A stretch of DNA of 64,000 bases from Marsupella aquatica (GCA_973895155.1 OZ316901.1:56135-120134); one strand, 5' to 3'; positions 1 to 13,833 are shown, numbered from the stretch's first letter. Numbers and translations: made by a program. The notes: generated from the letters alone by a model not told the origin.

Positions 1-565
1 TAGCAATATTATTGATTAGTTCCATAATGAGTACGGTTTTGCCAACTCCGGCTCCCCCAAATAATCCAATTTTACCCCCACGGCGATAAGGCGCTAAAAG
101 ATCCACAACTTTTATTCCCGTTTCAAAAATGGATAATTTGGTATCTAGTTGAGTAAAAGCAGGTGCTGATCGATGAATTGGGAATGTTGTACTAGCATCT
201 ACAGGACCCAAATTATCAACAGGCTCTCCCAAAACATTGAAAATTCTTCCAAGAGTTGCTTCACCAACAGGAACACTTAGCGGAGCGCCAGTGTCAATAA
301 CTTCCATTCCTCTCATTAAACCATCAGTAGCACTCATTGCAACGGCTCTAACTTTATTGTTTCCTAATAATTGTTGAACTTCACATGTAACATTAATTTC
401 TTGACCTGCTGCGTTTTGCCCTTGAACAACTAAAGAGTTATAAATATTAGGCATCTTTCCAGGTGAAAAAGCAACATCAGGTACTGGTCCAATAATTTGA
501 GTAATATTTCCTACATTTTTAGCAATAAGTGTGGAAGTCCCAAGAAATAGAAGATTCATTCTCAT
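1..565 (-). CDS. atpB: ATP synthase CF1 beta subunit, 5' part (runs off window start)
   Basis: Manual translation from ATG at 565: [45 protein letters not shown]...; divergent from rbcL. Not in the ORF track. Confidence 0.95.
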   Translation of the reverse strand, partial: MRMNLLFLGTSTLIAKNVGNITQIIGPVPDVAFSPGKMPNIYNSLVVQGQNAAGQEINVTCEVQQLLGNNKVRAVAMSATDGLMRGMEVIDTGAPLSVPVGEATLGRIFNVLGEPVDNLGPVDASTTFPIHRSAPAFTQLDTKLSIFETGIKVVDLLAPYRRGGKIGLFGGAGVGKTVLIMELINNIA

Positions 566-994
566 AAAATTTTTGAAAAATTGATTTTAATAAAATTGGA
601 ATAAACAAATATTTTGTATCGAAAAATCAATTAATAATAAAAAATATTATAAAAAACTGGAATATGAGATGGAAGGAGCAAAAAAATCATTTTGGTTTTA
701 TATTGACTGATTTTGTTACATTATTCATTCACCGAATATACTAATAGTAAAAGTAATATAAAAAAATTAATTGAATTTTTTCATTCTTTACTCTCATTCT
801 ACTTAATATAATATATATTATTTTCGAATCCTTGTTAATAATGAAATTAAAAACTTCTATCTAATTTTCATTTGATAATTCAATTATATATCATATCAAG
901 TATATGATTATTGTATACATTGTAAATATTCCCGGCCCAATCTGTGGAATCTTGGAGGAGGAACAAGATACATTAATATAAATGTATAAACGGG

Positions 995-1024
995 TTGCAT
1001 TACATATTAAAAGCAATATACAAT
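995..1024 (+). promoter_or_regulatory. rbcL sigma70-type (PEP) promoter
   Basis: TTGCAT (995-1000), 18 nt spacer, TACAAT (1019-1024) upstream of rbcL; SD GGAGG at 1162-1166. Confidence 0.7.
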
Positions 1025-1126
1025 AATAATGATGTTTTATTTTTCTGAAAAAATATTCCTAATTCATAAGATGAGGATAAAACTTTTCTCGGGTAATAAA
1101 TTTTTAAGGACCCCACTATCGAGTAG

Positions 1127-2599
<1,473 letters not shown>

Positions 2600-2653
2600 T
2601 TTTTTTATTTATTTTTTTCACCCCCAATGGGGTGAAAAAAATAAATAAAAAAA
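2600..2653. terminator. Perfect 25-bp stem-loop after rbcL (3' end processing/stability element)
   Basis: TTTTTTTATTTATTTTTTTCACCCC-CAAT-GGGGTGAAAAAAATAAATAAAAAAA immediately after the stop. Confidence 0.85.
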
Positions 2654-2673
2654 TCGTTTGGATAAGTTGGTTA

Positions 2674-2747
2674 GGGTTTGTAGCTCAGTGGATTAGAGTT
2701 CATGACTCCGAAGCATGAGGTCAAGGGTTCGAATCCCTTCTAACCCT
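2674..2747 (+). tRNA. trnR-CCG: tRNA-Arg(CCG), with stem mismatches
   Basis: GGGTTTGTAGCTCAGTGG...CATGA-CT-CCG-AA-GCATG...GGTTCGAATCC; typical bryophyte position between rbcL and accD. Confidence 0.85.
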
Positions 2748-3021
2748 TTTGGAACAGTTATTTGTAACTTTCGACGGAACTTAATTATTGAGATCAAAGC
2801 AAAATCTAAATGTTTTGTACAAAAATCAATTGTGTTTTATTATTAAACTAGCCAATCATAGGTTTTAACACTTTGGTTTTTTCAGTTAATAATTTTTGAC
2901 CGTTGTATGCTAATCATATATTTTTTCTCAATTTTCCAATTTCAATTTTTGAAAAATTTCTTGTTTTTCATTTTTCCTTGATATCTTATACTGAGGTTTG
3001 AAAAAAAGGAGGAAGCTTTTG

Positions 3022-3978
3022 ATGTCTCTAATGAATTGGTTTGAAGATAAAAGAAGATTCGGTGGATTAATTGGAGCTTTTATCGAAAAAGCTACCAAAG
3101 GATATATATTTAGTGAAGGGGAAAAAGATAAGTATATAAAGATTGATACTACTAAAGGGTTATGGACTAGATGTGATAATTGTGAAAATATGTTATATGT
3201 TCGATTCTCGAGACAAAATAAAAGAATTTGTGAAGAATGCGGCTATCATTTACAGATGAGTAGTACGGAAAGAATTGAATTATTGATTGATCGTGGGACT
3301 TGGCATCCTATGGACGAAGATATGACTGCAAGAGATATTCTTAAATTTTCGGATGAAGATTCTTATAAAAATAGAATAGTATTCTATCAAAAACGAACAG
3401 GTTTAACCGATGCTATTCAAACAGGTATAGGAAAATTAAATGGAATTTCTATTGCACTTGGAGTTATGGATTTTCAATTTATGGGAGGTAGTATGGGATC
3501 TGTTGTTGGGGAAAAAATTACCCGTCTTGTTGAATACGCCACATTAAAATCTATTCCCGTTATAATAGTGTGCTCTTCAGGTGGAGCGCGTATGCAAGAA
3601 GGTACATTAAGTTTAATGCAAATGGCTAAAATATCTTCAGTTTTACAAATTCATCAGGCACAGAAAAAATTACTTTATATAGCTATTCTGACTTACCCTA
3701 CAACAGGAGGAGTTACTGCGAGTTTTGGCATGTTGGGCGATATAATAATCGCTGAACCTAAAGCTTATATCGCATTCGCTGGCAAACGAGTAATTGAACA
3801 AACTCTGCGTCAGAAAATACCAGATGGTTTTCAGGTTGCCGAATCTCTCTTTGATCACGGGTTATTAGATTTAATTGTTCCTCGTAATTTGTTAAAGGGT
3901 GTTTTAAGCGAAATTTTTGAACTTTATGATTCAGCCCCCGGAAAAGCATATAATGATTTTTTCTTCGATAAAAATTAA
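3022..3978 (+). CDS. accD: Acetyl-CoA carboxylase carboxyltransferase beta (318 aa; ATG 3022)
   Basis: [15 protein letters not shown] start after GGAGGA SD; C4 zinc finger (CDNC...CEEC), [12 protein letters not shown]. Confidence 0.97.
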   Translation: MSLMNWFEDKRRFGGLIGAFIEKATKGYIFSEGEKDKYIKIDTTKGLWTRCDNCENMLYVRFSRQNKRICEECGYHLQMSSTERIELLIDRGTWHPMDEDMTARDILKFSDEDSYKNRIVFYQKRTGLTDAIQTGIGKLNGISIALGVMDFQFMGGSMGSVVGEKITRLVEYATLKSIPVIIVCSSGGARMQEGTLSLMQMAKISSVLQIHQAQKKLLYIAILTYPTTGGVTASFGMLGDIIIAEPKAYIAFAGKRVIEQTLRQKIPDGFQVAESLFDHGLLDLIVPRNLLKGVLSEIFELYDSAPGKAYNDFFFDKN

Positions 3979-4006
3979 TTGCCTTATACTATTCTTGGAA
4001 TATTAG

Positions 4007-4240
<234 letters not shown>

Positions 4241-4407
4241 AAATTAATTGAATTTTCAAAAAATTCTAATAAATGATAAGAAAGTAATACTTTATATATA
4301 TGAAGTGTTACTTTCTCCATCGTTTACAGGGAAATATAAACAAGTATTTACTACAAGCTTTTTCACGATTAAAAACTTTAATTATTTTTAGGAGATTCTG
4401 TTTCGCT

Positions 4408-4962
4408 ATGAATTCACAAGTTGAAGATATTCGAATAGATTTCGTAACTGGATCTCGAAGAATTGGTAATTTTTGCTGGGCTTTCATTCTTTTATCGGGG
4501 GCTTTAGGTTTTTCTGTTGTTGGTTTTTCAAGTTACTTACAGAAAGATTTAATACCATTTTTATCTGCTGAGCAAATTTTATTTATTCCACAAGGCCTTG
4601 TTATGTTTTTCTATGGTACAGCAGGTTCATTCATTAGTTTATATTTATGGTCCACTATTTGGTGGAATGTAGGTAGTGGTTATAATAGATTTGATAAACA
4701 AAAAGGGATTTTTTCGCTTTTTCGTTGGGGATTTCCAGGCAAAAACCGTCGAATTCTTATCCAATTTTTTATTGAAGACATTCAAGCAATACGTATGGAA
4801 GTCCAGGAAGGATTTTTATCTCGGAGAGTTCTCTACATAAAAATGAAAAGTCAACAAGATATTCCTCTAAGTCGTCTTGAGGAATACTCAACGTTGGAAG
4901 AAATGGAAACTAAAGCAGCTGAATTAGCCCGTTTTTCAAAACTTTCCATTGAGGGCATTTAA
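4408..4962 (+). CDS. ycf4: PSI assembly protein Ycf4 (184 aa; ATG 4408)
   Basis: GSRRIGNFCWA, PQGLVMFFYG, WNVGSGYN, FRWGFPGKNRR motifs. Confidence 0.97.
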   Translation: MNSQVEDIRIDFVTGSRRIGNFCWAFILLSGALGFSVVGFSSYLQKDLIPFLSAEQILFIPQGLVMFFYGTAGSFISLYLWSTIWWNVGSGYNRFDKQKGIFSLFRWGFPGKNRRILIQFFIEDIQAIRMEVQEGFLSRRVLYIKMKSQQDIPLSRLEEYSTLEEMETKAAELARFSKLSIEGI

Positions 4963-5053
4963 AAGACATTCGATTAAGTTAGTTTTTTCTTAGAAAATTG
5001 AGAAAATGAAAAAATTTATATGCTTTTTTCCTGTAGCAAAATTAAATTATTTT

Positions 5054-6397
5054 ATGAAAAATCTATCTTACTGGCGAATCGTACCTTATCAGTGTCTCGA
5101 AAAAGCTTATAGGGCTGGAAAACGTATACAAAAAATAAAAAGAAATTATTTCCTCTATAGAAATATGCTCTTTTCCCCAAAACGTTCTTGGCAATCTATC
5201 CTTTTTTATACGAATACAGAATTAAATAATTCTATTCTCATAATATATCTAAGTCTCTTAGAATACAAAATAGGTTTATCTTTAATCAACTTCTTCCATT
5301 TTTTCAAATCGATGATATCAAGTACGTTTCAAATCTTTTTTTTCGAAAACAAATTTTTGAATGACAAATCTTCTGAGAAAAAAGAATTTCAAACAAGGAT
5401 CATTTTTACTGATAATTCGGAAAAAGTATTAATTAGAAAAATTAATAGGAAATTAGCGTGGGTTGAAGCAACATTGAATGATTTATATATATGGAAACGT
5501 TACTATCTAGTGACTTCTCCAATATCTATTGATTCGGAAGAAGAGGATGAATATTCTTTATTGGGAATGAAAAGACCCGGATTGGCGATAATATCATATG
5601 AATCTATTGGTTTATTACCACGTTCGATAACACGTACTCTTTCTAGATTTGGGGCCGAGTTAATGAACCAATCAAGTTCATTAGTCCTTCAAGAGTTTCG
5701 ATTAGCAAAGTATCAAGCATTAGCTTCTTTGCAATATATTGGATGTTTAATCATTATTCCTCTATCAATTTCCATTTTTTCTCAGAAATGTTTTTCAGAA
5801 CCTTTGATTAATTATTGGTGGAATAATTATCAATCTCAAATTTTTCTTACTTCTTTCCAAGAAGAAAAAGCTTTGGAAAAACTTCAGGAAATTGAAGAAC
5901 TTTTTTGGTTAGACAAAATTATAGCAAATTCATCGTTTCCCTTACAATCACAAAATTTGACTGGGGAAATACATGAGCAAACTATGGAATTGGTAGAAAA
6001 TTATAATGATGATAGTATTGAGACTATTTCACATTTATCAACAGATATTATTTATTTCACTACTTTGAGTGGTTCCTTTATTTTTGGTAAAGAACGTCTT
6101 GTTATTTTGAATTCTTGGGTTCAAGAATTATTTTATAGTTTGAGTGATACAATGAAAGCTTTTTCGATTCTTCTATTAACTGATTTATGCATTGGATTTC
6201 ATTCCCCGCATGGTTGGGAACTTGTAATAAGTTCTTGTTTAGAACATTTCGGTTTTGTTCACAACAAACGTGTAATTTCCTGCTTTGTTTCAACATTTCC
6301 AGTTATTTTAGATACAGTCTTTAAATATTTGATTTTTCGTCATTTAAATCGTATATCGCCTTCCATTGTAGCAACTTATCATACCATGAATGAATAA
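5054..6397 (+). CDS. cemA: Envelope membrane protein CemA, long form (~447 aa; start uncertain, 5006 or 5054)
   Basis: C-terminal LTDLCIGFHSPHGWE...FVSTFPVILDT motif; lies between ycf4 and petA. Confidence 0.92.
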   Translation: MKNLSYWRIVPYQCLEKAYRAGKRIQKIKRNYFLYRNMLFSPKRSWQSILFYTNTELNNSILIIYLSLLEYKIGLSLINFFHFFKSMISSTFQIFFFENKFLNDKSSEKKEFQTRIIFTDNSEKVLIRKINRKLAWVEATLNDLYIWKRYYLVTSPISIDSEEEDEYSLLGMKRPGLAIISYESIGLLPRSITRTLSRFGAELMNQSSSLVLQEFRLAKYQALASLQYIGCLIIIPLSISIFSQKCFSEPLINYWWNNYQSQIFLTSFQEEKALEKLQEIEELFWLDKIIANSSFPLQSQNLTGEIHEQTMELVENYNDDSIETISHLSTDIIYFTTLSGSFIFGKERLVILNSWVQELFYSLSDTMKAFSILLLTDLCIGFHSPHGWELVISSCLEHFGFVHNKRVISCFVSTFPVILDTVFKYLIFRHLNRISPSIVATYHTMNE

Positions 6398-6594
6398 AGT
6401 CACCTTTTCTCGACAATATTATTTACTATAAATCAAAAATAGTTGAATTTTCTGTTATACAAAAATTCAACTAAAATTAGAAAATCTTAAAATTTTTATT
6501 TTTATTGCTAGGAGAATGGCAAATGCCTCAAATAAAGTAATTAAAAAAAAAATTAAATTATTTATTAAAATTATTTGAAACGGATAATTGAACC

Positions 6595-7557
6595 ATGCAA
6601 AATAGAAAATTGAATAACTTAATTATAAAATGGGTGACTCGATCGATTTCCTTAATAAGTATTATAAATATATTGGTTTGGCCATCTGTTTCGGAAGCAT
6701 ATCCCATTTTTGCACAACAGGGGTATGAGAATCCTAGGGAAGCAACAGGACGTATTGTGTGTGCCAATTGTCATTTAGCTAAAAAATCTGTGGATATTGA
6801 AGTGCCACAATCGGTTCTTCCAAATACAGTATTTGAAGCGGTTGTTAAAATTCCTTATGATTTGCAACTGAAACAAGTACTTGCTAATGGAAAAAAAGGT
6901 CCTCTAAATGTCGGAGCAGTTCTAATTCTACCAGAGGGTTTTGAATTAGCTCCGTCGGATCGTATTCCTCCTGAAATGAAAGAAAAAATGGGCAATCTTT
7001 TTTTTCAACCATATAGCAATGATAGAAAAAATATTTTGGTAATAGGCCCTGTTCCAGGTAAAAAATATAGTGAAATTGCTTTCCCAATTCTATCGCCGGA
7101 CCCAGCTGCAAATAAAGAAGCTTATTTTTTGAAATATCCCATTTATGTAGGGGCAAATAGAGGGAGAGGACAAATCTATCCTGATGGAGGTAAAAGCAAT
7201 AATACTGTTTATAATGCTTCAACGGCTGGAAAAATTAATAAAATTTTGCGTAAAGAAAAAGGTGGATATGAAATAGTAATAAATGATATATCAGACGGTC
7301 ACGAAGTTGTTGATATTATCCCTCCGGGTCCCGAACTTATTATTTCTGAGGGTGAGTCTGTTAAAATGGATCAACCTTTAACTAATAATCCAAATGTTGG
7401 TGGTTTCGGTCAAGGTGATGCGGAAATAGTCTTGCAAGATCCATTGCGTATTCAAGGTCTTTTGCTATTTTTCGGATCAGTCATTCTCGCACAAATTTTT
7501 CTAGTACTTAAAAAGAAACAATTTGAGAAAGTGCAATTAGCTGAAATGAATTTTTAG
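6595..7557 (+). CDS. petA: Apocytochrome f
   Basis: [25 protein letters not shown] heme motif. Confidence 0.99.
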   Translation: MQNRKLNNLIIKWVTRSISLISIINILVWPSVSEAYPIFAQQGYENPREATGRIVCANCHLAKKSVDIEVPQSVLPNTVFEAVVKIPYDLQLKQVLANGKKGPLNVGAVLILPEGFELAPSDRIPPEMKEKMGNLFFQPYSNDRKNILVIGPVPGKKYSEIAFPILSPDPAANKEAYFLKYPIYVGANRGRGQIYPDGGKSNNTVYNASTAGKINKILRKEKGGYEIVINDISDGHEVVDIIPPGPELIISEGESVKMDQPLTNNPNVGGFGQGDAEIVLQDPLRIQGLLLFFGSVILAQIFLVLKKKQFEKVQLAEMNF

Positions 7558-7600
7558 TTTTCTATTTCGTTTTCAAAATTCGTTTGAAGGTTCTATTACA

Positions 7601-7640
7601 AAAAGACTTTACCCTTTATTGAAAAGGGTAAAGTTTTTTT
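7601..7640. terminator. Stem-loop between convergent petA and psbJ
   Basis: AAAAGACTTTACCCTTT...AAAAGGGTAAAGTTTTT inverted repeat. Confidence 0.7.
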
Positions 7641-7692
7641 CTTATTGCATTTTAATAAGGATCACTTATTTGTATTGAAAAACCCTTTAGTA

Positions 7693-7815
7693 TTATAAAG
7701 ATGATCCTAATCCGGAATATGATCCATAGAAAAAAATACCTACCAAACCAATCACGATGATACCGGTTACAGTACCAATTAACCATAAAGGAATCCTTCC
7801 GGTAGTATTGGCCAT
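7693..7815 (-). CDS. psbJ: PSII subunit J (40 aa)
   Basis: Manual: [18 protein letters not shown]...GLGSSL*. Confidence 0.96.
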   Translation of the reverse strand: MANTTGRIPLWLIGTVTGIIVIGLVGIFFYGSYSGLGSSL

Positions 7816-7927
7816 TGAATTTAACCCCCTTGTTTTCAAAATTTTATTAAATAGTCGTATCTAAAGGCATACACAGTTACAAATAATATAAAAAAGGATT
7901 TTTCCAGATAAGGCAAAAAAAATTTTC

Positions 7928-8059
<132 letters not shown>

Positions 8060-8067
8060 CTAAAAGT

Positions 8068-8196
<129 letters not shown>

Positions 8197-8448
8197 CTAA
8201 AAGGATTTAGTAAATTCATCAATTTGTTCCAAGGAATTGAAACGGCCAGTAATTAGTGGAATTTCTTGTCGATTTTCCGTAAAATATTCATTTGGACGAG
8301 GACTCCCGAACACATCATAAGCTAAACCTGTGCTGACAAATAACCATCCCGCGATAGATAACGAAGGTATAGTAATGCTATGGATTACCCAATAACGAAT
8401 ACTGGTAATTATGTCAGCAAAAGGACGCTCTCCCGTATTTCCAGACAT
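8197..8448 (-). CDS. psbE: Cytochrome b559 alpha (83 aa; ATG 8448)
   Basis: [28 protein letters not shown]. Confidence 0.98.
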   Translation of the reverse strand: MSGNTGERPFADIITSIRYWVIHSITIPSLSIAGWLFVSTGLAYDVFGSPRPNEYFTENRQEIPLITGRFNSLEQIDEFTKSF

Positions 8449-9068
8449 GGTTAGCTCCGTATATATTTGTAAAAACAAGAGGAATTAATCCTGCAAAGGA
8501 AGAAAAGTAGAAGATTTAGAATCGACTAATATTTTTATTCCTTTAATCTCGTTATGTTGCCAATTCCATACCAAAGGTATTTTTGAAGCATACTCACTTA
8601 GTATAGCTAATGTTCCCTCGACGCAGCAAGAAATTTTTGAGAAAATTTAAATTAATCACATTCCAAATAATATTAGGTAAAAACCGAGTTAGAAAAGATA
8701 TGTAGAGTATATCGAAACTACATATCGGAAATAATTATTGACTTATTTATTTTGATTCCCCATTCGTGGTTTCACAATAAAATTATCAAATGACAATAAT
8801 AGTAATGAACTTATCTATATTTCCACAAAAAAAGACGAATTAAATAATATTTGATAGTATTTATTAACAAATTTTATTTATTTGGTGGAAACATAGAAAA
8901 AATATATTATTATCACCATCATATTATAATATAATAATATAATTATCTTTATTATCATCATCATCTTTATTATTAGTTACATATGCCATACACCTCCCCC
9001 TCGAATGAATAAAAAAATTTTTTATAATTCATTGATAAAAGTATCAACAACATTTTATTAGGTTCTTT

Positions 9069-9164
9069 ATGCTCATCATAATTAGTTATTCTTTGTTTCT
9101 ACTTGCAGCTTTACTTTCGGCATTAGTTCTATTTATTGGGTTAAGCAAAATCGAACTTATTTAG
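9069..9164 (+). CDS. petL: Cytochrome b6f subunit VI (31 aa)
   Basis: Manual: short hydrophobic ORF ending ALVLFIGLSKIELI*; directly upstream of petG. Confidence 0.9.
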   Translation: MLIIISYSLFLLAALLSALVLFIGLSKIELI

Positions 9165-9282
9165 AGAATGATTCACTAGGATAAAAAATTCCATTGTATT
9201 TTCCAAAACTTAAATTGGAATTAATAACACACTAGAATAATTCATTAATTATATATTATTTTGGTCGATCAAAGAAAAAAAA

Positions 9283-9396
9283 ATGGTTGAAGCTCTATTG
9301 TCTGGTATTGTTCTTGGGTTAATTCCGATAACTTTGGTTGGATTATTTGTAACTGCATATTTGCAATATCGACGTGGGGATCAATTAGATCTTTAA
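9283..9396 (+). CDS. petG: Cytochrome b6f subunit V (37 aa)
   Basis: Manual: [37 protein letters not shown]. Confidence 0.97.
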   Translation: MVEALLSGIVLGLIPITLVGLFVTAYLQYRRGDQLDL

Positions 9397-9475
9397 ATTG
9401 TAATCGCATTTTCTATTGAAAAAACATGGCTTTGTGAAGTTCTATTTCGAATAAAATCTTTATACTTGGTTTAGT

Positions 9476-9549
9476 CACGCCCTGTAGGATTTGAACCTAC
9501 GACATCAGGTTTTGGAGACCTGCGTTCTACCGAACTGAACTAAGAGCGT
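9476..9549 (-). tRNA. trnW-CCA: tRNA-Trp(CCA)
   Basis: Cloverleaf, anticodon arm CAGGT-CT-CCA-AA-ACCTG. Confidence 0.96.
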
Positions 9550-9574
9550 TTGAAAAGTTATTTCTTATATAAAG

Positions 9575-9648
9575 TAGGGATGACAGGATTCGAACCTGCG
9601 ACATTTTGTACCCAAAACAAACGCGCTACCAAACTGCGCTACATCCCT
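9575..9648 (-). tRNA. trnP-UGG: tRNA-Pro(UGG)
   Basis: AGGGATGTAGCGCAGTTTGGTAGCGCGTTTGTTTTGGGTACAAAATG...CCA-less 3' end. Confidence 0.96.
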
Positions 9649-9821
9649 TAAGTTATATATTTACATAATTATTATACCTAATTTCTCTTATTCTTCCATT
9701 TTACAATGAAAAGATTAGTATATAGAGAAAAAGTACCAGATAAAGCTATTTTCTAAATAAATGAATTTTTCCCTGGTAACAATAGTTTAGGCTACCCTCT
9801 TTCGTTTTATGATGAGAATAA

Positions 9822-10007
<186 letters not shown>

Positions 10008-10127
10008 AAAGAAATATTAGTCATTTACCCCCAGTCAAAATTTTTTCTCTAAATATAATTAGAGATGATTTTATCAATATTTTTCAAAGTAGGTTTCACA
10101 AAAATTTTAAACTTTTCAGAGAAAACT

Positions 10128-10325
10128 ATGGCTAAAAGTAAAGAAATAAGAGTTACAGTTAATTTAGAATGCATTAATTGCGCCGAAAATCTTGAAAAAA
10201 GATCTCGAGGTATCTCTCGCTATACGACTCGTAAGAATCGTCGCAATACTGCAATGAGATTGGAATTGAAAAAATTTTGTCGCTATTGTGGTGGTCATAC
10301 TATCCACAAGGAAATAAAAAAATAA
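10128..10325 (+). CDS. rpl33: Ribosomal protein L33 (ATG 10128)
   Basis: [15 protein letters not shown]...[10 protein letters not shown]. Confidence 0.96.
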   Translation: MAKSKEIRVTVNLECINCAENLEKRSRGISRYTTRKNRRNTAMRLELKKFCRYCGGHTIHKEIKK

Positions 10326-10356
10326 CGAATCTTTAAAAGTTTTATAGAATATACTT

Positions 10357-10584
10357 ATGACTAAATCCAGGAGATCCTCCCGCAAACGTATTCCAGCAAT
10401 TAGATCCGGAGAATTCATTGATTATAAAAATATAAGTTTACTTCGACGATTTACTAGCGAGCAAGGAAAAATTTTATCTAGACGAACAAATAGATTAACT
10501 TCGAAACAACAGCGTTTACTTACTTTAGCAATTAAACGAGCTCGTGTATTAGCCTTATTACCTTTTCTTAATAACGAAAATTGA
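10357..10584 (+). CDS. rps18: Ribosomal protein S18
   Basis: [22 protein letters not shown]. Confidence 0.97.
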   Translation: MTKSRRSSRKRIPAIRSGEFIDYKNISLLRRFTSEQGKILSRRTNRLTSKQQRLLTLAIKRARVLALLPFLNNEN

Positions 10585-10665
10585 TTTGTTATTTTTTGCT
10601 CAAATCTCTTATTATTGGAACCTCCCGGGAGCTTAAAATTAAGACTTACCGGAGAGGTTCCTTTG

Positions 10666-11022
10666 TTATTCTTCTTTCTTTATAATAGTTTTTATTATTG
10701 TAGAAAGAGCTATTTTATCCAATACAGCTATTTGGGCAAGTATTTTTCGATTCAAAAAAATACCGTTTTGATACAAATATTGAATCAATTTATTATAAGT
10801 AATTCCATTATCTCGTGCTGCTGCATTAAGTCGAATAATCCATAAACGACGAAGATTTCTCTTTTTTTTACCTCTATCACGATGAGAGGATGCTAATACT
10901 CTCATTCCTTGTTGATTCGCAGTTCGAAAAAGTTTTGAATGAGTTCCGCGAGATCCAGATGTGAGCGTAAGAATATTTTTACGACGTTTCCGTGCTACGC
11001 AACCACGTTTAACTCTAGTCAT
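10666..11022 (-). CDS. rpl20: Ribosomal protein L20
   Basis: MTRVKRG.VARKRRK...[11 protein letters not shown]. Confidence 0.97.
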   Translation of the reverse strand: MTRVKRGCVARKRRKNILTLTSGSRGTHSKLFRTANQQGMRVLASSHRDRGKKKRNLRRLWIIRLNAAARDNGITYNKLIQYLYQNGIFLNRKILAQIAVLDKIALSTIIKTIIKKEE

Positions 11023-11673
11023 TGGTCTATGCTCCTCCGAATTGTTAGAAAAGTTCTATTTAATAAAAATAACTCATCTCAAAATTAAGTTTCTAATATT
11101 TTTATTTCCAATGTATGAAAAAAGAATTCCAAAAGTTTTTGCTGCTATAACCTTCCTCTACATGATTTTTTTCAATCCGATAATCTCTCAGCGGTAAAGG
11201 GATGGTACCTCCAACTAAGTAAAAAATCATGAATTCCTCTGTTTCTATAGTTTTTACTTCAATGATCAGGTCCTTTCCGATTGCCAAAGCTCAATTTGAG
11301 TAGTATCAGTTATTTGTATAAATACTGATTCTCAGCTTTTATATATATAACGAGAATGATAGATAGAAATTCATTAATGGCAAGTTATTAAATCCAAAAA
11401 GTTTGCTGAATGACTGACCTTCTTATTTCATTTATTCCCTAACAAATTATTCTACGAAAAATTGTAAATATCTCCCTCGCTTAATGGATTGATGATCAAT
11501 CGCTACCATTGAGAAATGATTTTCCACCCAAAACAAAGATGATCGGATTTGCACCAAAAAAACTATAAATTTCATTGACAAATGATGTATCTTTACTCTA
11601 AATTAGTATAAAAGAGTTAATCTGCAATTGTTCCCTAAAAATACAAAAAGTTTTTGATTCAAACAAGTCGCAC

Positions 11674-11787
11674 ATACACTCTAGTACATACTCCTCTACG
11701 TTGAGGACATCCCTTAAGAGCTGGAGATTTTGTTCTATTTTCAATTTGTTGTCTCTTATTTCGAATTAGTTGTTGGATAGTAGGCAT
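11674..11787 (-). CDS. rps12: Ribosomal protein S12 exon 1 (trans-spliced; other exons not in window)
   Basis: [38 protein letters not shown] (114 nt) followed by the group II 5' splice site GTGCG. Confidence 0.96.
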
Positions 11788-11868
11788 TATAATTTGTATG
11801 CAGAATTTTTCGGTTCGGATTAAACCTAACCCTTAGAAATACCTAAATATTTATAAGCTTATATTTCA

Positions 11869-13459
11869 TTAATTGTTAGTAGAATTTGAAGAATTTTCTA
11901 TAGCAACTAAATCAACAATACCATAAATTTTTGCTTCATCCGCCGACATGAAAACATCCCTTTCCATATCTTCAGAAATAATCCATAAAGGTTTACCCGT
12001 TCTTTGTACATACACTTTAGTAATACAATCGCGGAGTTTCAAAACTTCCTCGGCCTCCATAATGCATTCCCCGGCTTGTCCATCATAGTAGGAACTAGCC
12101 GGTTGATGGATCATTACCCTAATGAATATTTCATAATATCCTAAGTTTTATTAAAATTTTTAAATAAGGGAACTGTACATGCATTGAATGTACGTACATC
12201 GCTAAATGCATACAGCTCTTTAATCGATTCTACGATATTTATCTTGAAATTCTCGAAAAAATTTCGAACTTTTTAATCTTATTATTGTGATCAACGAAAC
12301 CATCTCTTATTATGTATTATGATGGTTCTATTGCTATATAAAGACTAATCTGATTTTTTTTAGTTTCATTTAGCAATTACAAAGTTTTTTTCGATTCTAT
12401 TATTAGAAATAAACTTTTATTTTCGAGTTTATGACGCTAAAATAAATTCATTGAAAATAGAATTTATACTGAATTTTTCTCATCTTCGTATATAATCATA
12501 GGTGAATATGTCGTGCTATTTCCACTCTTCGAGTGTTAGACATAAATATAAAAGAAAAACACATTGACACAAAGCGTGGGGTAGTGCTATACGTTTGGTA
12601 ATCTCACCACCGGTTAAAATAAAAGAACCCATTGAAGCCGCTAATCCCATGCGAATTGTATGTACATCGGGAACAACAAATTGCATAGCGTCATAAACGG
12701 AAATTCCAGCTGGAACAGCTCCGCCTGGAGAATTTATATATAAATACATATCTTTACCTTCATCTTCTCCATTGAGATACATCATAATACCAATAAGTTG
12801 ATTCGCGATTTCATCGTCTACTTGTTGACCTAAAAAAAGTAATCTTTCTCGATAAAGTCGATTGATTGAGATAAATTCGTTATTCATTTTCCTATGAAAA
12901 CTGTACAAGCATTTTTGAGTGCATACAGCTTAAATCGATGTAAAAACTTACAAATTTTTCTTACATTTTGTTGCTCAATTCAGCTTTTTGCTGCTGGAAC
13001 AATATTTTCTATTGATGTATTTTTATGTTATTACAACAATTTTATGTATTTCCATCGTAATTTCTAATTCAAATCTTTAGGTTTATGTTCTACTTCATAA
13101 GAAATTGGATCCGATTTTTTATTCGTACGTATCAACAAATAATTTGAATATTTTAATTATAATTTTCCAGTTTTATTTTTTATTCACCGATCAAACTAGT
13201 GAAAGAAGTTCAAATACTTTATTTATTGGAATTAACCATAGATTTTTCAAATTAATAATATTCTAATTGTGAGTTCACGCTTTAGATTTTTCGATAAATT
13301 TATCAATTTCAAGTGAGTAGTGAATAATTCAATCGGATAGAATGATGGAGATAGATTCCATATAATTGAAAGGTTTAACAAATCGCATTATACGTCGATC
13401 CAGACGGCATCTTCCTCTCCAGGAAGACGAAAAGGTACTTTCGGAACACCAATAGGCAT
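11869..13459 (-). CDS. clpP: Clp protease proteolytic subunit; exons 13459-13389, 12864-12573, 12120-11869 (two group II introns)
   Basis: [14 protein letters not shown] / [11 protein letters not shown]...GLAASMGS / [10 protein letters not shown]; exons of 71+292+252 nt give 204 aa; exon 2/3 boundary could shift 1 nt. Confidence 0.95.
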
Positions 13460-13833
13460 ATTTTTATTTTCCATTCTCACGAATTAATTGCAACTCGATT
13501 ATTCTAGAACGTAGTTACTGATAGCATATTATACTATAATTATATTATACTAGTAAAATATAAACTATACCATTCACCTATATATTGACACATAATAATA
13601 TATAAATTATTTATTGCAATAAGTGTTGAATTAAAGTGGGACCAATCCGTTTACTGTGATACCGAATACGCAAATGCTAAAATGTTTTTGATTATGTTTA
13701 TTGGTAAAAGACTCATAAGTATTTTAATGATGTTGACCCTTGGGATGATTAGAGGGGTTTCACAACTAATGTCAATTTTTGGGACAAGAAAAAGTTACAT
13801 AGTGTTTAATCATATTTGAGAAAGGGGTATTTT

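Noticed and set aside
8880-8985. ATT/ATC-rich low-complexity stretch between psbE and petL
   Set aside because: Ordinary slippage-type microsatellite; no regular repeat-spacer structure, so not CRISPR-like
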